This document shows, piece after piece, positions 63,885 to 64,000 of a stretch of 64,000 bases of DNA. The notes under the pieces were generated by a model that was not told the DNA's origin, made no database searches, and saw only the letters and a program-made list of their open reading frames with translations. A program made the position numbers and the translations under genes. How positions within the stretch are numbered: the stretch's first letter is position 1; every line of letters starts with the position of its first letter. This stretch comes from Lama glama (Eukaryota): NCBI GenBank assembly GCA_028534125.1, contig CM052816.1, forward strand, positions 4,218,001 through 4,282,000, read 5' to 3'.

Positions 63885-64000
63885 TATTAACTAACACAGC
63901 ACTTCCGTATGCCAGGCACTGCTCTGAGTAACTTGCAGACAATAAGTCATTTAATCTTCGTAACAACCATGTGAGTTAGGTGGTGTTATCACTACCCACA
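63885..64000 (-). mobile_element. MIR SINE, truncated by the window edge
   Basis: agcacttccgtatgccaggcactgctctgag...tcatttaatcttcgtaacaaccatgtgag. Confidence 0.85.

Noticed and set aside
1..64000. CRISPR arrays, operons, tRNA/rRNA/snoRNA genes, CpG-island promoter, named host gene
   Set aside because: No regularly spaced repeats, structural RNA signature or recognisable exon was seen, so no gene symbol is assigned.

Overview
Mammalian non-coding DNA (intergenic or deep intronic), most likely camelid. That assignment is an inference: the youngest L1 3' ends resemble the camelid type, MER41-like LTRs are present, and I saw no Alu, Bov-A/tA, PRE1, CHR2, Can-SINE or ERE SINEs. No recognisable protein-coding gene, RNA gene, CpG island or prokaryotic system was found. 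The listed ORFs are chance frames, transposon relics or artefacts of a 500-N assembly gap (48030-48529). The window is a layered transposon record: MIR, L2, L3, hAT DNA transposons, MaLR/ERVL/ERV1 solo LTRs, old L1M fragments and young lineage-specific L1 3' ends, several with readable target-site duplications (TSDs). Best observations: (1) a very short young L1 insertion with an apparent 27-nt 3' transduction inside a perfect 18-bp TSD (3125-3291); (2) two MER41-like solo LTRs ~1.45 kb apart, one keeping an intact STAT GAS site; (3) a repeat-free, CpG-retaining block with PBX-HOX/MEIS-type motifs (~9720-10160); (4) several splice-flanked open frames that may be unannotated exons but are unproven. 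Repeat names come from recalled consensus motifs and most boundaries are approximate; confirm with RepeatMasker/Dfam. I found no new biological system I can support.
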